Source: a virus
Taxonomy: Duplodnaviria; Caudoviricetes
Length of the DNA: 27,879 bases
Direction: 5' to 3' (one strand)
Virus record (IMG/VR): IMGVR_UViG_3300037483_000369
Coordinates: 1-27,879 of that record
The stretch's first letter is position 1. Each line of letters opens with the position of its first letter. Positions 23,281-27,879 of the stretch are shown here, one piece after another. Below the pieces are notes generated by a model. It was not told the origin of the DNA and searched no databases. It saw only the letters and a program-made list of their open reading frames with translations. The position numbers and the translations under genes are program-made.

Positions 23281-23619
23281 ATGGCTCTTCTCACGGTGAC
23301 AACCGTCTCTCGCGCTGGCGCTGTTCTCTCCGGCGTGGCCGCAACCGCCACGACCGGCGACGCCTTCCCGAACACGGGCAAGGAGTTCCTCGTCGTGAAC
23401 AACGGGAGCGGTGCGTCGATCGATGTGGCGCTCAAGGTCCGCAAGACCGTGGACGGGCAGGCGGTTGCGGATCGCACGGTAGCGGTTGCGGCCGGCGCCG
23501 TCCGGATCATCGGTCCCTTTCCGCTCGACCAGTACAACGACGCCAACGCGCGCGTGACCGCGATCTGTAGCGCGGTGACCTCGGTGACGGTCCAGGCCAT
23601 CGCCTGCCCGGGGGCCTGA
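23281..23619 (+). CDS. Beta-rich putative virion protein
   Basis: 112 aa, rich in Ala/Val/Thr; sits between tube and chaperone genes. Confidence 0.75.
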   Translation: MALLTVTTVSRAGAVLSGVAATATTGDAFPNTGKEFLVVNNGSGASIDVALKVRKTVDGQAVADRTVAVAAGAVRIIGPFPLDQYNDANARVTAICSAVTSVTVQAIACPGA

Positions 23620-23621
23620 CC

Positions 23622-23990
23622 ATGGCCCTGCTCACGAAGGAGCAGATTCTCGGGGCCGATGACCGGACCTTTGAGGTGGTTGATGTGCCGGAGTGGGGCG
23701 GTCAGGTCCGCGTAGCGGTCTGGTCCGGCCTCCAGCGTGACCGGTTCGATCTCGAGATCGTGCGCCGGCGGAAGGAGGCGCAGAGTGATGAGTCAGCCGG
23801 GCACTTCCGCGCGCTCGTCGTCGCGTGTTCGCTCGTGGACGAGGCGGGCCACCCGCTCGGCTGGACACCCGAGGACATCGAGCGACTGAGCGTCGAACGC
23901 TCGGCCAAGCCGCTCACCCGCATCTTCCGCGTGGCGGACAAGCTCAACGCGATCACGTCCGCCGAGAAGGAGAAGATCTCGGGGGAATGA
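23622..23990 (+). CDS. Tail assembly chaperone (gpG-like)
   Basis: LLTKEQIL, VDVPEWGG.V.V, SLVDE.G; ends at a slippery site. Confidence 0.88.
   Translation: MALLTKEQILGADDRTFEVVDVPEWGGQVRVAVWSGLQRDRFDLEIVRRRKEAQSDESAGHFRALVVACSLVDEAGHPLGWTPEDIERLSVERSAKPLTRIFRVADKLNAITSAEKEKISGE
23981..23987 (+). other. Programmed -1 frameshift site GGGGGAA
   Basis: TCG GGG GAA TGA; the -1 frame stays open to 24316. Same heptamer as the mycobacteriophage L5 G/GT site. Confidence 0.8.
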
Positions 23991-24316
23991 TAGGGCGCCC
24001 GCTCCGGCAATTCGCGTTCGCGCTCGCGCTCGCCCTGGGGTATCGCCACCCCGACGCGCTCCTGAGCGAGATCACGAGCCGGCAGCTCGCGGAGTGGGGC
24101 GCCTACTTCGATCTCCACCCCTGGGGCGGCGAGGCGGACGACCTCCGCGCGGGTGTCGTGGCTGCGACGGTTGCCAACTTCGCGGGGCGTGAAATGAAGA
24201 AGGGGCAGCACCTCTCGCCGCGCGACTTCTTTCCGGAGCGAGGAGCAAAGCCGCAAGAGGCGCCATCCGTTGCCGAGAAGGTCCGGGCATTCTTTCGCAA
24301 GCGGAAGGGTAGCTGA
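23987..24316 (+). CDS. Tail assembly chaperone C-terminal part (gpT-like)
   Basis: LALALG...ITSRQLAEW.AYF...PWG...DLRAGVVA; lies in the -1 frame, just before the tape measure gene. Confidence 0.85.
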   Translation: MIGRPLRQFAFALALALGYRHPDALLSEITSRQLAEWGAYFDLHPWGGEADDLRAGVVAATVANFAGREMKKGQHLSPRDFFPERGAKPQEAPSVAEKVRAFFRKRKGS

Positions 24317-26610
24317 TGGGCAACCGACTCGCTGACCTCCTGGTCGCCCTTGGACTGGACTCGGCCCGATACACCGATGGGCTCAAGAAGGCCCAAGGCG
24401 ACCTGCTCGGCTTCGCGGGCGTCGCGGCCCAGGCGTCGAAGCGCATTGCGCACCTACTCGAGTTCGATCTGGTGCTCCGGGGCGCCGAGCGGTTCGCCTC
24501 GTTCGTGAAGTCGTCGGCCGAGGCTGCCGATCACATGGGCAAGATGGCCCAGACGTTCGGCGTGCCCGTCGCGGAGCTCTCAAGGCTCGCCTACGCCGCG
24601 AATCTGGCCGAGGTCTCGACCGAGGAGCTCGGGGCCAACCTCAAGCTGCTGGCGAAGCACATGGCGGAAACGGCCGCCGGTTCGGGCGAGTCCGCGGCGG
24701 CGTTCCGCGCGATCGGCGTCTCGGTCACGGATACCCAAGGTCACCTCCGGCCGATGCAGGATGTGCTCCTCGACATCGCGGAGCGCTTCGCCGGCTACAA
24801 GGACGGGGCCGGCAAGGCGGCGCTCGCGCAAGAGTTGTTCGGAAAGTCGGGGGCGGTGCTCATCCCGTTCCTGAACGAGGGCCGGGCCGGCATCGAGAGG
24901 CTGTCGGCGGAGGCTGACCGCTTCGGCCTCACCATCACCGACGGTGCCGCGAAGAGCGCGGACGAGTTCGGCGACGCGATCGACCGACTAGGCGGGCTCG
25001 CCAGGGGGCTGGGGAATAGCATCGCAGCCCAGCTCACGCCGATGCTCGCGAACCTCGGCGAGCAGCTCGCGACGTCGACCACCAATACCGGCGCGATGAA
25101 CGAGGCCGCGAGCGCGCTGGCGTACACGGTGAAGTCGCTCGTTTCTGGCGTCGTGGTGCTGGGCGCTGGGCTTGAGACGGTCGGCAAGAGCGCGGCCTTC
25201 GGCGCGTCCAGCCTCGTTAGCCTGGTGAGGGGCGATTTCAGCGGTGCCGCGGATGTCGCCGACGCCTACATGCGCGACATGGCGAATGCCGGCCGCGCCG
25301 GTGCCGAGCGCCTCCAGGCAATCTGGAGTGACGCGGCGGCGAAGGTGGAGGGCGGGGCGGAGGCGACCAGCGCAAAGCTGGCGGCCCCCGTGGTCAGGGC
25401 AGCAGAGAAGATGTCCGCGGCCGCGAAGGAGGCCGCGAGGGAGGCTAAGCGCTTCGTTGACGAGTCGCTCTCTGAGTGGAACGCTCGGATGAAGGAAGGC
25501 GAGCAGGTCGCGAAGAGCGCCATGACCCCGCTCGAGAGCCATGACGCTGAGCTCATCCAATTGAGGGGCCTGCTCGATGACGCCGCGATCGGTTGGGACA
25601 CGTTTGCGCGGGCGGTCGAGAAGGCGGGGGAGGAACTCTCAAAGTCGACGATCGATGAGTCGATTGCTGCATTCACGGCACGAATGGAGGAGGGCGCGCG
25701 CACGGCCGAGGCCCTCCGGACGCCGTTGGAGAACTACGGCGCCGAGGTGGCCCGGCTAAAGGGCCTGCTCAATGATGCTGCGATCGGCCCGGAGATGTAC
25801 AGCCGTGGCGCGTTCGACGCCCAAGCGAAGTTCCAGGGCGCCCATGGGGATCTCTTCGCGGGGACGAACGAGGGAGCCGACCTCCAAGCCGAGCGTACGC
25901 GCCAGATCTACGCCGAGATCGAGTCCTGGCGCCAGGCGGATCTCGTCAGCGAGGAAACGGCGCAGCGGATGAAGGCCAGGGTCGCCCTGGAACAGCAGGC
26001 GCTGCAGCTCGAGGGCACGCGCCAGTTCTGGGGCACGCTCGCCACCATGCAGAACTCGAGCATCCACGAGCTCGCGGTGATCGGGAAGGCTGCGGCCATC
26101 GCGCAGGCCACGATCGACGGGATCCTGGCCGTGCAGAAGGCACTTGCCTCCGCGCCACCGCCGTTCAGCTTTGCCATGGCCGCAGCCGTGGGTGCGGTGA
26201 CCGCGGCGAACGTCGCGCAGATCGCGGGGGTCGGCTTCGAGGCTGGAGGGTTCACGGGCTGGGGTGGGCGCGACGACGTGGCGGGGGTCGTTCACGGCCA
26301 GGAGTTCGTCGCGAACGCTGCGGCGACGAGCAGGTATCGCCCCCTGCTCGAGGCGATGAACTCGGGCAAGAGCGTCTCCAGCGGTGCCGGCGCCGTCGCG
26401 CTGGGCGGCGTGCAGATCACGATCGAGAACCACGGCACCTTGAAGACCTACGAGTCGCATCAGCTCTCCCCCAGCGAGATCCGCCTCATCGCTCGCGACG
26501 AGGTGCAGCGCCAAGGGCCACGGATGGTGGAGGGCGAGATCTCCGACCCGAACAGCCGCACCTCCAGGGCTCTCTCGTCCAGGACCACGGCGACGAGGAG
26601 GCGCACCTAG
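24316..26610 (+). CDS. Tail tape measure protein
   Basis: 764-aa Ala-rich helical protein with ELFGKSG and a C-terminal GGFTG.GG...AGVVHGQEFV; gene order. Confidence 0.95.
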   Translation: MGNRLADLLVALGLDSARYTDGLKKAQGDLLGFAGVAAQASKRIAHLLEFDLVLRGAERFASFVKSSAEAADHMGKMAQTFGVPVAELSRLAYAANLAEVSTEELGANLKLLAKHMAETAAGSGESAAAFRAIGVSVTDTQGHLRPMQDVLLDIAERFAGYKDGAGKAALAQELFGKSGAVLIPFLNEGRAGIERLSAEADRFGLTITDGAAKSADEFGDAIDRLGGLARGLGNSIAAQLTPMLANLGEQLATSTTNTGAMNEAASALAYTVKSLVSGVVVLGAGLETVGKSAAFGASSLVSLVRGDFSGAADVADAYMRDMANAGRAGAERLQAIWSDAAAKVEGGAEATSAKLAAPVVRAAEKMSAAAKEAAREAKRFVDESLSEWNARMKEGEQVAKSAMTPLESHDAELIQLRGLLDDAAIGWDTFARAVEKAGEELSKSTIDESIAAFTARMEEGARTAEALRTPLENYGAEVARLKGLLNDAAIGPEMYSRGAFDAQAKFQGAHGDLFAGTNEGADLQAERTRQIYAEIESWRQADLVSEETAQRMKARVALEQQALQLEGTRQFWGTLATMQNSSIHELAVIGKAAAIAQATIDGILAVQKALASAPPPFSFAMAAAVGAVTAANVAQIAGVGFEAGGFTGWGGRDDVAGVVHGQEFVANAAATSRYRPLLEAMNSGKSVSSGAGAVALGGVQITIENHGTLKTYESHQLSPSEIRLIARDEVQRQGPRMVEGEISDPNSRTSRALSSRTTATRRRT

Positions 26611-27123
26611 ATGGCCAAACTCATGCTCGCGCCGGATCAGGCGGGGTATTCGGCGACCGACGGCGAGGAGGTGCTCTCGGTCAAGCTCGACGGCGGGGCG
26701 AGCCGGCGCCGGCATGATGTGCTGGGCGCGACCGCCACCATCAAGGCCGGCTGGACGCTGACCGCAGCCGAGTACGACTACATGAAGGCGTTCTACCGGG
26801 TTTACAGGACCGCGGCCTTCACGATCGATCTGATATTGGATGACTCAGAGTTGAGCGAGTACGAGGCTCACTTCGCGGGTCCGCCGTCGCTCCGGGAGAT
26901 CAGGGGCCTCGCTATTGGGGTCGAGGCGGAGCTCGAGGTCACGCCGCACGTGCGGGACGTGGCGCTTGATGACATGCTGCTTTCAGTGGCGGACGGATCG
27001 ATCGAATACGACGTGTTCGCGGCGCTGGCGCGTCTCGTAAATGAGTGGCCCGTCGGCGTCGGGTCGACGTCGAGCGTGCAGTCCGTGAGCGGGGACCTCG
27101 TGCTGGATTTCTTGCTGGCCTAG
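26611..27123 (+). CDS. Putative distal tail (Dit-like) protein
   Basis: Directly after the tape measure gene; GYS...LDGGASR.R motif. Confidence 0.7.
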   Translation: MAKLMLAPDQAGYSATDGEEVLSVKLDGGASRRRHDVLGATATIKAGWTLTAAEYDYMKAFYRVYRTAAFTIDLILDDSELSEYEAHFAGPPSLREIRGLAIGVEAELEVTPHVRDVALDDMLLSVADGSIEYDVFAALARLVNEWPVGVGSTSSVQSVSGDLVLDFLLA

Positions 27124-27133
27124 GGAGAGCGAC

Positions 27134-27879
27134 ATGGCCGTCGTGACGAGACAGGAACTCGAGGACGCAGCGGTCGACGCCCAATCCCTGGAGGACATCG
27201 TGAACGGCCCGGACACGGCGACCGTTACGACGCGACTGGGCCGGGTCCTGAGCACAGTGGCCCGCTCGATCAGGACGATCCCCGCGTATGCCGGAGAGTG
27301 GAACGGCGGAACGGTCTATGTGTTTGGCAAAATCGTCTCGTACGGTGGCCGAGGGTACATTGCGCTTGCGGACAATGTGGGTAACGTGCCGCCGTCCGCA
27401 TACTGGGCCCTGATCGCCGAAGCTGGCGCCCCGGGAGCCACAGGTCCCGTTGGAGCCACAGGGTCGACCGGGCCTGTCGGGCCGACCGGTGACTACGCCA
27501 ACGCGATCGAGATCGCGCTGTCTAACTGGACCGCGCGCACCATTCCGACGGGGAACTACCTCGGCATCGCGTGGAACGGCACGGTGTTCGCGGCGGTCGG
27601 GTATAGCGTCGCCGCGACGTCGCCCGACGGGATCACCTGGACCCCGCGTACCATTCCGAGTGCAGAGTGGCACGCCGTCGCGTGGAACGGCACGGTGTTC
27701 TGCGCGGTCGCCTACGGCGGGAGCGTCGCCGCGACGTCGCCCGACGGGATCACCTGGACCCCGCGCACCATTCCGACGGGGAACTACCTCGGCATCGCGT
27801 GGAACGGCACAGTGTTCGCGGCGGTCGGGGCCAATTCAGCCGCGACGTCGCCCGACGGGATCACCTGGACCGCGCGTAC
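27134..27879 (+). CDS. Tail fibre/receptor-binding protein, truncated at window edge
   Basis: Hand translation: anchor MAVVTRQELEDAAVDAQSLEDIVNG..TTRLGR, a CBM5/12-like segment (W..GTVY..G.IVSYGG..Y...W), collagen-like GXY repeats, then Asp-box repeats SPDGITW. Confidence 0.85.
   Translation, partial: MAVVTRQELEDAAVDAQSLEDIVNGPDTATVTTRLGRVLSTVARSIRTIPAYAGEWNGGTVYVFGKIVSYGGRGYIALADNVGNVPPSAYWALIAEAGAPGATGPVGATGSTGPVGPTGDYANAIEIALSNWTARTIPTGNYLGIAWNGTVFAAVGYSVAATSPDGITWTPRTIPSAEWHAVAWNGTVFCAVAYGGSVAATSPDGITWTPRTIPTGNYLGIAWNGTVFAAVGANSAATSPDGITWTAR
27527..27879 (+). repeat. 111-117-bp coding repeats (Asp-box beta-propeller blades)
   Basis: Units start at 27527, 27638, 27755 and 27866; units 1 and 3 are nearly identical. 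Confidence 0.93.

Noticed and set aside
27527-27879. DGR template/variable repeat pair or CRISPR
   Set aside because: The repeats are tandem and coding, differences include indels and are not adenine-specific, and no reverse transcriptase is present in the window.

Overview
This is a high-GC (about 70% by eye) temperate long-tailed phage or prophage, cut at both window edges. From left to right it carries: (1) a leftward early operon, including a protein with 8-aa tandem repeats; (2) a cI/cro-like switch with three 21-bp palindromic operators (consensus RACTGGA-N7-TCCAGTC) lying over two divergent sigma70-type promoters; (3) directly after cro, an RNA cluster made of a predicted three-way-junction RNA and two atypical tRNA-Gln genes; (4) many small, translationally coupled early genes; (5) an orphan N6/N4 DNA methyltransferase, an SF2 helicase, a VRR-NUC nuclease, a primase/VapE helicase and a GTACC-repeat region that looks like an origin; (6) an antisense small Zn-ribbon membrane gene; (7) HNH-terS-terL packaging genes; (8) an HK97-type portal interrupted by a LAGLIDADG intein, then ClpP protease, capsid, neck, tail tube, -1 frameshift chaperones and tape measure; (9) a truncated tail fibre with Asp-box repeats. 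No integrase or lysis genes were recognised. A Myxococcota-like host is only a tentative inference. The most promising novelties are the structured RNA plus tRNA-Gln cluster, the portal intein and a repeated late-region motif. All calls come from reading the sequence by eye; no searches or folding programs were run.
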